Virus record (IMG/VR): IMGVR_UViG_3300013121_000046 | DNA: 64,000 nt | DNA from: a virus | Taxonomy: Duplodnaviria > Caudoviricetes | Direction: 5' to 3' (one strand) | In this document: one piece after another, positions 9,029-17,179 of the stretch | Layout of the letters: each line of letters begins with the position of its first letter | Numbering within the stretch: the first letter of the stretch is position 1 | Translations under genes and position numbers: made by a program | Notes under the pieces: generated by a model | The model's database searches: none | What the model was told of the DNA's origin: nothing | Seen by the model: only the letters and a program-made list of their open reading frames with translations

Positions 9029-9307
9029 CTATCTGCGAGGGGATATCTTAAACTTACCGTTAGAGTACTTGAGTCTGAATTCCATGTTGAGAAAATATGC
9101 GGAATTTACGGGAACTCCCAGGGGGCGAATCGCAATCTCCACCTCTCTATTCCCGGCAGCAGATTTCAGTTCACTAGTAGCAGATAGCCTGAAATAGAAA
9201 TCATTTCTAAAATGCACTACAAAAGTCGGCTCATCCAATTCCCAATCTATCTCGGGGAAGAGTTTGGTAGCCAACTGCACCAGAGATATTAGCGAGTAAC
9301 CTACCAT
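9029..9307 (-). CDS. small array protein
   Basis: GYSLISLVQLATKLFPEIDW; GGAGG RBS. Confidence 0.75.
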   Translation of the reverse strand: MVGYSLISLVQLATKLFPEIDWELDEPTFVVHFRNDFYFRLSATSELKSAAGNREVEIAIRPLGVPVNSAYFLNMEFRLKYSNGKFKISPRR

Positions 9308-9449
9308 CCATCCTCCCAGCTAGTTTATTTAGCTGAGTACATAGATACTACCTCTGAGGGGGGGGTAACATCCCGGGCCCTTCGGCTATACAGATATACC
9401 CTAAAATAGTCGGAGAGGCGTCTAGATAATACCAGAAATAGGTATACGC

Positions 9450-9752
9450 CTACAGAGCATCCAAACGGGGAACATCCTGGGAGATCCCGCCCCCGAAATA
9501 GATTTTCCCACCAAAGAGAAGTATGTCAGAGAGCTTTCGCTTAGAGAAATCCCCTGGAGTCACTTCCCAGGTCGCCTGAGACCATTGGTATTGAAATCCA
9601 TTAGAGAATACCTGGTCCCCTCGGTAGCGGATAAAGCAAAGCCGATACTGATAGCCCTCCCTGTAGCTCGCTACCAACCAATCAACGTGCGGGTGTAAAA
9701 TCCGCATAAGTCTAATTAGATCAGAAAAGTTAAACCTCTGAAGAATTCCCAT
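9450..9752 (-). CDS. small array protein
   Basis: RFNFSDLIRLMRILHPHVDW. Confidence 0.7.
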   Translation of the reverse strand: MGILQRFNFSDLIRLMRILHPHVDWLVASYREGYQYRLCFIRYRGDQVFSNGFQYQWSQATWEVTPGDFSKRKLSDILLFGGKIYFGGGISQDVPRLDAL

Positions 9753-9786
9753 TAGGGGGTACCTGTCGGATACGCTGTTCCCAGGA

Positions 9787-10128
9787 TCAGCCTACTACTA
9801 GAGGCGACTCTTGACTAACTATACCCCTACCCATAAAGAGTCTTCCCTGGAATCTTGGAAAGGACTCCATTAACCCGATACGAAGAAACTGGAATCTTGG
9901 CGAGGACTCCATTAACCCGATACGAAGAGAAGAGAGATTCTTAGGTTCTACTTTTTCACACAACTGGTCAAATAACAGGTCTGCATCCAAGGGGTGCATG
10001 TTCCGATCTGCCTTTAGCAGCAGATACCCAGGGGAATTCTTATCGTACACAGCACACCAATCCCGTGAATCAGTTAACTTATTACACAAGTTAATCAGTG
10101 TGTCAAAATTATATCGAGTATAGGGCAT
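9787..10128 (-). CDS. small array protein with internal 42-bp duplication
   Basis: RYNFDTLINLCNKL; LRIGLMES(S/F)PRFQ occurs twice. Confidence 0.7.
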   Translation of the reverse strand: MPYTRYNFDTLINLCNKLTDSRDWCAVYDKNSPGYLLLKADRNMHPLDADLLFDQLCEKVEPKNLSSLRIGLMESSPRFQFLRIGLMESFPRFQGRLFMGRGIVSQESPLVVG

Positions 10129-10379
10129 TATACCGGTACAAAATTTGAATCGCTACCAACTGCGGGTCGAATAAAGACGCGATAATAGAAAATTAAATAA
10201 GCATTGATGAGTCTCTCATATCTCAGAACGTGAGTCCCCTCCCCTTGTGATACAAAAAATGTAGCCTGGGGATCGGCTAGGCGGAGTAGGAAATCAAAAA
10301 ATGTACTCTGTAATTTCTCCCTGGGGACTGAAAGCAAAGCATCAGCAAGTGGGTACAAGTCCTTTCGTTCATAGAGCAT
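10128..10379 (-). CDS. small array protein
   Basis: MLYERKDLYPLADALL. Confidence 0.65.
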   Translation of the reverse strand: MLYERKDLYPLADALLSVPREKLQSTFFDFLLRLADPQATFFVSQGEGTHVLRYERLINAYLIFYYRVFIRPAVGSDSNFVPV

Positions 10380-10390
10380 GTTGATATTCC

Positions 10391-10735
10391 CTACTTCCAA
10401 AAGTCGGCCCAGAATTTTCTAAACTTACCTTTAGGGGAAGAGCATGACAAACGCTCAATCCCTGCCCCGTCTAAAAAGCTTGAGCATACCAAACCCTCAA
10501 TCCCTGCCCAATCCAAATCCAAAAAGCTTGGGCAGGGACCATTGGCCCACACCCTGAAAGATAACTGCCAAACTCTGTGTTTATATCTTTCATAAGACAC
10601 CCATCGCCAACTACGCCCGTAGCGCCCGACATAAATAAAGGAGTCTGCTTCCTCAGGTTCCAACCTATTAGGTTTTGGATTAGGGCAAAGCTTGAAGAAG
10701 AGGTTAACAATATCCTTTCTAGGGTAGTAGATCAT
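10391..10735 (-). CDS. small array protein
   Basis: YYPRKDIVNLFFKLCP; paralog of 10739-11101; internal SFLD..AGIE duplication. Confidence 0.75.
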   Translation of the reverse strand: MIYYPRKDIVNLFFKLCPNPKPNRLEPEEADSFIYVGRYGRSWRWVSYERYKHRVWQLSFRVWANGPCPSFLDLDWAGIEGLVCSSFLDGAGIERLSCSSPKGKFRKFWADFWK

Positions 10736-10738
10736 ATC

Positions 10739-11101
10739 CTACTTTCTGATAGCCCTTTTGTGTTCTCTTCGGCTCCAAACAACTTTACGCATTGTCCGCA
10801 TCTCCTCAGATGTGTGATTCAAGTATAGTACCCCTAAGGAATCAAAGAACAAATTGACGCCTATGCCCGGACTCCTCTTATAGTCTGGACAAATTCTCCA
10901 AGTATGTGGCCTAAAACCCCCATAGAAAAACCACTTCATATATCCTAAAGGATAGTAAGGCGATCCATGTTTACGGATGTAGGTACTGAGATAATCCTGC
11001 ATATCATTATCAAACTTAAGGGCCTCCGGACCCTCCCAATAAGGATCCGGACAAAGTTTGAAGAAGAAACTAACGATATCTTTCTTAGAGTAGTGACCCA
11101 T
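10739..11101 (-). CDS. small array protein
   Basis: HYSKKDIVSFFFKLCP. Confidence 0.75.
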   Translation of the reverse strand: MGHYSKKDIVSFFFKLCPDPYWEGPEALKFDNDMQDYLSTYIRKHGSPYYPLGYMKWFFYGGFRPHTWRICPDYKRSPGIGVNLFFDSLGVLYLNHTSEEMRTMRKVVWSRREHKRAIRK

Positions 11102-11104
11102 GAC

Positions 11105-11500
11105 TTACTTTATTTCTACTCCTGACATTTTAATAAAGGGGAACCTCGACCATTCCCCGTACTTCTTCCAAATCAAGGAATTCAATACCCAATCAGGGAT
11201 TGTATTCCAGGCCTCTTCTGTCGCCCTAAGAATCTCCCACCTAACAATCGTAGACAAATTACCATTAGCCAAAGGAGCCGGGGCAACTCGATATTCCAAA
11301 CAACAGGATGACCGGCCGTCCTCATTTACCAAAGAGGGTAAACCTAAAATAACACTTCCCGCATCCAACAAGGCCTTTCTATTAAAATAAAATGTTGTTC
11401 CACAGTTGGTCCAGCCTGTTGAAGTACCTGCTATAGTAGGATGCCAAGAGCCACCTAAGCACCCTCTAAGTAACGTTAACACGTCCGAGATTGAATACAC
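11105..11500 (-). CDS. small array protein
   Basis: MYSISDVLTLLRG; IPDWVLNSL. Confidence 0.75.
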   Translation of the reverse strand: MYSISDVLTLLRGCLGGSWHPTIAGTSTGWTNCGTTFYFNRKALLDAGSVILGLPSLVNEDGRSSCCLEYRVAPAPLANGNLSTIVRWEILRATEEAWNTIPDWVLNSLIWKKYGEWSRFPFIKMSGVEIK

Positions 11501-11562
11501 TACTAATCCCTTTTATTTTCAGGATACCTTAACCTGTATCTTAACTTTATACTGAAAGAGGT

Positions 11563-11844
11563 CTACGACTTCAAACTTTTAAGTACCCAATCTGGTATAT
11601 GGTTAAACAACCCTTTGTAATGATACATAATGCCCCATACCCTAGATGGGCCTAATAAACAAAGCCCTAAGCCCGCGAGAAGCTGCCCCTGCCTTTCAAC
11701 CCCCGAAACAATCTGCCTATCACCCAAATAAAGCCTTCCCAGGTCATCCGCACTCCACTCACAAAGAACCACTCCTCGATTACATGCCGCTCGCATCTTG
11801 TGAAAGAGCCTCTGTAGGTCTCTACCAGAATAGAAAGAACTCAT
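11563..11844 (-). CDS. small array protein
   Basis: FYSGRDLQRLFHKM; IPDWVLKSL. Confidence 0.75.
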   Translation of the reverse strand: MSSFYSGRDLQRLFHKMRAACNRGVVLCEWSADDLGRLYLGDRQIVSGVERQGQLLAGLGLCLLGPSRVWGIMYHYKGLFNHIPDWVLKSLKS

Positions 11845-12008
11845 GGAACAACCCGTAATAATTATTTCCTAAACTACTTGAGGCATAAAAACCAAGGCCC
11901 TAAAAATTTTTCACCTACCCCAATAAGAGGTATAGGCAAGCCTAAATAGGCCAGATTAAGCCAAAAGTAGGCTTCTTTTAAGCTCCTATATATACACTCA
12001 TCGGAGTC

Positions 12009-12524
12009 TTAATAAATCGCCCAAACAACCATCCTCACTAGGTAATCTAGCTTGGGTGATTTACTCTGTATCTCCGAAAGATTCTCAATCTCTACACCGG
12101 ACTCAAATATCATATCCCTGCAAACCCGGTCAAAAACTAATTTTCTATTACCCCCCGGCATGAAGAGAAAATAGACTCGATATGTAATATTAAGTTTCCC
12201 CTCTGTGTATAACCAAAAGGAATCCCCCAGATAGAGCAAAATCATCTTAGTCCGTTCAGGACTACTAATATCCTTACTTAATAGCACCGGAATTGATACC
12301 TTTCTCCATACCAAACCATCTCCCAATTTATTAACCAGGGCCTGAAAATCCTTCGGATGATACTTAGCTCGTTTGGGTAGGAAATACTTGATCTTCACCT
12401 TAAAAAACACATAAGAACAGATCAAAATCAAGAAGATCAGGCATAAACCGCAAAGAAATGATCCTAAGAAAATTACGGAGACTTCCCCGAGAATATCGAG
12501 AAAATCATTCCCATAGTTAGCCAT
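12009..12524 (-). CDS. array protein with N-terminal transmembrane helix
   Basis: Hydrophobic VIFLGSFLCGLCLIFLILICSYVFF followed by family motif KYHPKDFQALVNKL. Confidence 0.7.
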   Translation of the reverse strand: MANYGNDFLDILGEVSVIFLGSFLCGLCLIFLILICSYVFFKVKIKYFLPKRAKYHPKDFQALVNKLGDGLVWRKVSIPVLLSKDISSPERTKMILLYLGDSFWLYTEGKLNITYRVYFLFMPGGNRKLVFDRVCRDMIFESGVEIENLSEIQSKSPKLDYLVRMVVWAIY

Positions 12525-12963
12525 GATTCACCAGGGCTATTGGTAGGGTACCAAGGATTCGGGATACTGACCCCAAAGGGCCGGTCAGCTTATCGCCCAT
12601 AAAAATTGGGTATCTGACCGAATTATTTACTATGTGGTTTCCGGAGAATTTAGGATAATCATATTCATGGGATTTTAACATCAACCCCGCCATAAGCCAA
12701 ACTGTAAGCTGAGTCTTACGGATAAAAGTAGACTGCATCCCGACCTCTACAAGTGTGTTCCCGTAAATCACTAAGGGCTCCATTAGGAGAGTATTAAATG
12801 GCTCTGAGCAGCAGTCCGAACCCCTTTTTATACTATCCCCCAACAAATAGTAAGCTTCTGCATTACGCCAACCACACCGCCAAGAATACTTTGGCAGCAG
12901 CTTAGAGATTAGCTGTATTTGGTCTTGAGTGGAGTACTTAATTACTGAAGTACATTGCGCCAT
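12517..12963 (-). CDS. small array protein
   Basis: KYSTQDQIQLISKLLPKYSW. Confidence 0.7.
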   Translation of the reverse strand: MAQCTSVIKYSTQDQIQLISKLLPKYSWRCGWRNAEAYYLLGDSIKRGSDCCSEPFNTLLMEPLVIYGNTLVEVGMQSTFIRKTQLTVWLMAGLMLKSHEYDYPKFSGNHIVNNSVRYPIFMGDKLTGPLGSVSRILGTLPIALVNHG

Positions 12964-13252
12964 TTTTTATCCCTATCTTCCCAAGCTCACCTAAATCCTT
13001 ACTGCGTACATCTGCAAAATTATGTGAGTACCAAACTTGCCGACACCCCCGCCACTCAAACCCATGAATATTATTTTCATTTTTCGGATTAAGCTGATTC
13101 GTGTATACCAAAAGGACAATCCTAGACGAAAAAGATGTATGCCGGAAACACCCTCTAGTAAAAGAACAGTCGTCCTCAACTACCGCCCACTCATATCTCG
13201 GCCACAATTTATTCAAAAGTTCAAGCCGAGTCTTCACTGTATAGAATCGCAT
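12938..13252 (-). CDS. small array protein (first gene of the array)
   Basis: RFYTVKTRLELLNKLWPRYEW; directly after promoter motif, nearly leaderless. Confidence 0.7.
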   Translation of the reverse strand: MRFYTVKTRLELLNKLWPRYEWAVVEDDCSFTRGCFRHTSFSSRIVLLVYTNQLNPKNENNIHGFEWRGCRQVWYSHNFADVRSKDLGELGKIGIKNGAMYFSN

Positions 13253-13257
13253 ATACC

Positions 13258-13272
13258 TGTATACCCTAAAAA
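13258..13272 (-). promoter_or_regulatory. TTTT-N-GGGTATA promoter-like motif heading the small-gene array
   Basis: TTTTTTAGGGTATACA on minus strand, immediately after a terminator. Confidence 0.55.
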
Positions 13273-13313
13273 ATAAAGGCAGTCCCCCACAATTCAGGGG
13301 GACTGCCTTTATT
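13272..13313 (-). terminator. intrinsic terminator
   Basis: 17-bp perfect inverted repeat AATAAAGGCAGTCCCCC/GGGGGACTGCCTTTATT followed by T run on minus strand. Confidence 0.85.
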
Positions 13314-13336
13314 CTGATTCCACGGGCTTACCAACC

Positions 13337-13867
13337 CTAGATCCTAAAAGCTGCCCCGACCACGGACAAGGATCGAGCAGCCCGAGCTACAGCTATGTAG
13401 GAAGGTTTCCCTGGGGTCTCAGCAAACACAACCATCACTGTAGCCGCATACCCCTTGGGAAGAAATTCTGAAGCCTTGTTCGTAGCGTAGAAGAAAGCCC
13501 CAGAGGCATCTGGCCCAATTGGAGTCATCTGCACCCCAGGAATCATAAACTCGGGAGAGACCTCCTTTACTCCGATTTCTGGGGCTGATTTACCCATAAC
13601 CAGGGCTGTCTGAGCCGCCAAATTGATAGTCTGCAACTTCGTATCCTCAAGCCTTTCTGGCTTAAACACATACAGAGTCGCTTCCTTATATTGCCCTTGC
13701 CCCAACTCTACTCCTACTGACCAGGAGGACTCTGTTCCAGATTCATCTACCTGCTGATAGGTTTGCTGAACTACATCACACAAACATAATTCGTAGACTT
13801 GAGTCTCCGCAGTCAAACTATCCGGCTGAAACACCCGAGGAAACTGCGAAGCTGTCTTCAAAAGCAT
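13337..13867 (-). CDS. hypothetical protein
   Basis: 176-aa ORF with AGGAG RBS. Confidence 0.75.
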   Translation of the reverse strand: MLLKTASQFPRVFQPDSLTAETQVYELCLCDVVQQTYQQVDESGTESSWSVGVELGQGQYKEATLYVFKPERLEDTKLQTINLAAQTALVMGKSAPEIGVKEVSPEFMIPGVQMTPIGPDASGAFFYATNKASEFLPKGYAATVMVVFAETPGKPSYIAVARAARSLSVVGAAFRI

Positions 13868-13891
13868 GGGAACACTCCTATTGGTATATGA

Positions 13892-15337
13892 CTAATCCAC
13901 ACTCACACCCAGTCGATTCCAAAAATTCGTATTATTAGACCTTGTAAAACTATCCTCCAACTGAATACTCCCAGTATCCCAGTCCTTTGTAAACTCACTA
14001 ACCTCTCGATATCGCACAAAGAGAGCCTGCAACTGAGCGGCACTTAACTCTGTAGCATATGCGGAAACTCTACGAAAGATTTCTTGATGCTCAGAATCCT
14101 CCGAATCCACATAGAAATTTCTAATCATGGTCAGCAAAGATTCTCCCTGAGGAGGAAGCATAGCCAACCTAAAATCGCACCGCCCAGGCCTAATTAAAGC
14201 AGCATCCAGACGCTCAGGATAATTCGTGGTCATAATCAGGACACGACCCTCGGTAGCCACCACCCCATCCAGGGCATTCAAAAAAGCTGCAAGAGAAACA
14301 AACTGAGACCCTGACCCCACCTCCTGGGCTAATATCTCCCCCTCATCCGTAAAACCACTAAACTCTTCCTCCGAATGATTAGCCTCTACTCGTTTTCGAT
14401 CTCCATACAAACAATCTATGTCCTCAATCAAAAGGACCGCATTCACCGCCACATTCGACATTAGGTCCAAGAGGGCGGCTTCTGCCTTGACACTACTCAG
14501 AGGGAGAACATAAACCGGCCGCTTAAAATGCGAGGCAATGGCCAAGGCGAGACTCGATTTCCCATTTCCTGGGGGGCCATGTAACAGATAACCTCGACGA
14601 TACGGAATACCCAAATTCTGGTACCAATCCTTTTGGTTAAAGAAAGTCTCTAGATCTCTGACTAAATGGTCCTTATCCTCTTTAGGCATAACCACTGACT
14701 CCAATCGCCGCTCCGGAGTTTCCCTAAGGACCTGCCACCGATTTCCATAAGCCAAAAATACCGGAACAGTTCTCCCCATAGAGTGGGGCCTAAACTGAGT
14801 TAAATTAGACACAAATTCCTTAAAGTGGGCTCTTGACAGACCAAAACTCTTAATGTTAACACTCTTTCGCCGAGAGCCACTATTACCCTCCGGGGTTTCT
14901 TCCACCAGAGTAATCAACAAAGGTCGCTTTTTATACCAAAGGAGATGCCATCCCCAAGAGGGGACTAAACAAATCTTAGGCTCCAATTCCAGATCAGAAT
15001 CATCCATGTAGTTAGTATTCTGCGCAAACTCTTGTGCTATATTGCAGAATTTATCCCTACTAAACTGAGTGACCGTTAAATATCTCCGGGCTCTCTTCGC
15101 TGTATAAGGGTGCTCCGCCAACCAAATGCACATCCAACCAAACGAAGCATCATACTCATAGAGAGTAGCCTCGAAAGAAATCCTAGAGACAAACCAACGG
15201 TACAATTCTCCTGGAAACTTTCTCAGGGAAGCCAGAATCACCCCCAAGAACCCAAGCATCGCCCCCCCAGTGAAGAAGGCGTTACTCTTTAGGGCTACCG
15301 TAGCCTCATTCACCAACGGGGATAGTATTTCCCACAT
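13892..15337 (-). CDS. BCS1-like AAA+ ATPase with N-terminal TM helix
   Basis: TM segment FFTGGAMLGFLGVIL, BCS1_N-like GWHLLWYKKR, GIPYRRGYLLHGPPGNGKSS, LLIEDID, LNALDG, TTNYPERLDAALIRPGRCD. Confidence 0.9.
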   Translation of the reverse strand: MWEILSPLVNEATVALKSNAFFTGGAMLGFLGVILASLRKFPGELYRWFVSRISFEATLYEYDASFGWMCIWLAEHPYTAKRARRYLTVTQFSRDKFCNIAQEFAQNTNYMDDSDLELEPKICLVPSWGWHLLWYKKRPLLITLVEETPEGNSGSRRKSVNIKSFGLSRAHFKEFVSNLTQFRPHSMGRTVPVFLAYGNRWQVLRETPERRLESVVMPKEDKDHLVRDLETFFNQKDWYQNLGIPYRRGYLLHGPPGNGKSSLALAIASHFKRPVYVLPLSSVKAEAALLDLMSNVAVNAVLLIEDIDCLYGDRKRVEANHSEEEFSGFTDEGEILAQEVGSGSQFVSLAAFLNALDGVVATEGRVLIMTTNYPERLDAALIRPGRCDFRLAMLPPQGESLLTMIRNFYVDSEDSEHQEIFRRVSAYATELSAAQLQALFVRYREVSEFTKDWDTGSIQLEDSFTRSNNTNFWNRLGVSVD

Positions 15338-15378
15338 ACTTTTTTATTACTCCCTGAAAACTGCGTTATTCCCTAAAA

Positions 15379-15452
15379 TGAGCAATGAGGGACTCGAACC
15401 CCCGACCCCCACGGTGTAAACGTGGTGCTCTAACCAACTGAGCTAATCGCTC
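15379..15452 (-). tRNA. trnV: tRNA-Val(TAC)
   Basis: Cloverleaf GAGCGAT..TAGCTCAGTTGGTTAGAGC..CCACG-TTTACAC-CGTGG..GGTTCGAGTCC..ATTGCTC-A. Confidence 0.93.
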
Positions 15453-15493
15453 GATTCTTACTCTGCTCTTCTGCGTTATTCCCTACTAAGATA

Positions 15494-15727
15494 CTATCCT
15501 CGCCGGGGGGTTCCCCAGAAATTCTGTTCGTAATCTTCGACCTCCCACTGTTCTCGCTTCTGGATTTCTTGGCCCTGCCGAAAAATCCGATTCTCGATAG
15601 ACCCGGGTGGGTACGGGTTATTGGCCCGGGGGTGGTCTTTCCCCTCCTGACAAATACGGTCAAAATACCGCTCATTCTCCGTCAGATAGATAGAGCCACC
15701 CCGAGTATTGACGATGCGCCGACTCAT
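15494..15727 (-). CDS. hypothetical protein
   Basis: 77-aa ORF with GGAGGG RBS. Confidence 0.65.
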   Translation of the reverse strand: MSRRIVNTRGGSIYLTENERYFDRICQEGKDHPRANNPYPPGSIENRIFRQGQEIQKREQWEVEDYEQNFWGTPRRG

Positions 15728-15782
15728 CTTTCCCTCCCTGCGTGACTCGAACAGACCAGCGATTTCGGATTGTTGCCCAACT

Positions 15783-16010
15783 TCACACCGGCAAAGTTTC
15801 CGAGACAGACAGCTTCAGACTGAACTTGTCCGTCTCCGCTCCGTCCCGGTAAAAAGCCATGACTCCGTTCAGATAATCCACAAAGATGGACTCAACCTTC
15901 TCTCCCACCGGATATGGCCCTACCGGCTGTACCAAGGTGCAGCCGTAGAACTGATACCCACCCTCCCCCATGTCATCCCACCGTTCCCAGTCGAAAAGTT
16001 GCTTCTCCAT
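15783..16010 (-). CDS. hypothetical protein
   Basis: 75-aa ORF after promoter motif at 16062-16075. Confidence 0.65.
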   Translation of the reverse strand: MEKQLFDWERWDDMGEGGYQFYGCTLVQPVGPYPVGEKVESIFVDYLNGVMAFYRDGAETDKFSLKLSVSETLPV

Positions 16011-16165
16011 TTAATGAACCCCCAAGTTTGTGACCAAAGTTTGAATTCTCCCCGTTAAGGTGCTATACCCCAAAATAAACCTGGTTTGAAGAAGCTTTGT
16101 CAAAAATCCATAGGAATCACTAACACCTTTTTCAAAGATACGTATTTAGGCAACTCACAACTATA

Positions 16166-16318
16166 CTACGGCTTTCTCCCAAGGATCGGAGGTTTCTTCC
16201 TCCGCTGATCGGAAAGAACAAACCAATGATAAAGAACCCAAGAGAGTCCTGCGGTGAGTATCAGGGACACAATTGAGCAAAGCACAATCAAAAACAGCGC
16301 CATAAGTATCTCAGCCAT
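16166..16318 (-). CDS. small membrane protein (50 aa, not in ORF track)
   Basis: MAEILMALFLIVLCSIVSLILTAGLSWVLYHWFVLSDQRRKKPP...; GAGG RBS. Confidence 0.6.
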   Translation of the reverse strand: MAEILMALFLIVLCSIVSLILTAGLSWVLYHWFVLSDQRRKKPPILGRKP

Positions 16319-16320
16319 AA

Positions 16321-16758
16321 TCACACCTCTTCTTTGGTACAACTCCTGCCTACTACCTTAAAATACTCCTCCGGAGTGACGGAGACAAAAGCCTTAGCCG
16401 GATCAGATTGCTTGCCGAAAACCAAGTAGACATTAGACGGCTTAATATTACGCTTGTCCAGTAACTCCCGCATCTCGGTAATATTGGTAGCATAGGCGAC
16501 AAACTTGGCATCGACGGTAAAAGCAAAAACACCCGAATATGGGGCCACCAAGTCTGACACGTATTCGGATGGTCGGGCTCTTGCTCCAGTGTATTTGCCT
16601 TCCTCTTGAAAATCCTTCTCAGTCATTCGAGAAGAGCCCCTATCTGATCGCAACTGCAAATTATGACTCTCTCGTACCTGTGCATACACAATGAGATAAA
16701 TACCTAAGCTGAGTGACAGACCGATTCCGAATAAAAAAATTGTCAGACCTAAGAACAT
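16321..16758 (-). CDS. membrane-anchored hypothetical protein
   Basis: N-terminal hydrophobic helix; GGGAG RBS. Confidence 0.7.
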   Translation of the reverse strand: MFLGLTIFLFGIGLSLSLGIYLIVYAQVRESHNLQLRSDRGSSRMTEKDFQEEGKYTGARARPSEYVSDLVAPYSGVFAFTVDAKFVAYATNITEMRELLDKRNIKPSNVYLVFGKQSDPAKAFVSVTPEEYFKVVGRSCTKEEV

Positions 16759-16786
16759 ATGGCTTGCTCCCTAGATTATTTCAATA

Positions 16787-17059
16787 CTATCTGTCTTTCT
16801 TATCACCCCCAACAAAAAACTTCAAAATGTCGAGTATCATGCTCAGAATAGACAAAAAACTGCATATTACTACCACCACCCCAAGGTACACACACGCAGC
16901 AAAAAAGATTGAATAGCTTAAGATAAAGCCTAAAAACAGCAGGTTCTCAAAGCCTATTCTATAGCACCCCCAAGAGACGAGGCATATGACCACAGACCCA
17001 AACACCACACTTATCGTCGTCCAGAATTCTGACCGCATTCTTTCTTTATAATCCGGCAT
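16787..17059 (-). CDS. small membrane protein (2 TM)
   Basis: Two long hydrophobic segments. Confidence 0.7.
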   Translation of the reverse strand: MPDYKERMRSEFWTTISVVFGSVVICLVSWGCYRIGFENLLFLGFILSYSIFFAACVYLGVVVVICSFLSILSMILDILKFFVGGDKKDR

Positions 17060-17120
17060 ATTTTCCCTTTAACGCAACGACTACCCCGGATTAAGAATCG
17101 CCCCTATATACTGTATACCC

Positions 17121-17177
17121 AAAAAAAATCCCCACCAGGTTTCAAACTCCTAGAAGAGTCCTAAACCTGGTGGGGAT
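17121..17177 (-). terminator. intrinsic terminator-like hairpin
   Basis: 15-bp arms ATCCCCACCAGGTTT/AAACCTGGTGGGGAT plus T8 on minus strand. Confidence 0.8.
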
Positions 17178-17179
17178 CA

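Noticed and set aside
1-13252. Stop-codon reassignment (TAG or TGA) as the cause of the many short ORFs
   Set aside because: Each short ORF has its own conserved N-terminal motif and often an RBS. Long genes (1159, 893, 693 aa) are unbroken, all three stops end genes next to downstream starts, and no suppressor tRNA is present in the window.
15430-15675. 81-aa minus-strand ORF
   Set aside because: It overlaps tRNA-Val and the better-supported 15494-15727 ORF.
15735-15782. tRNA remnant suggested by GTTCGAGTC on the minus strand
   Set aside because: No T-stem, acceptor stem or D-arm can be built around it.
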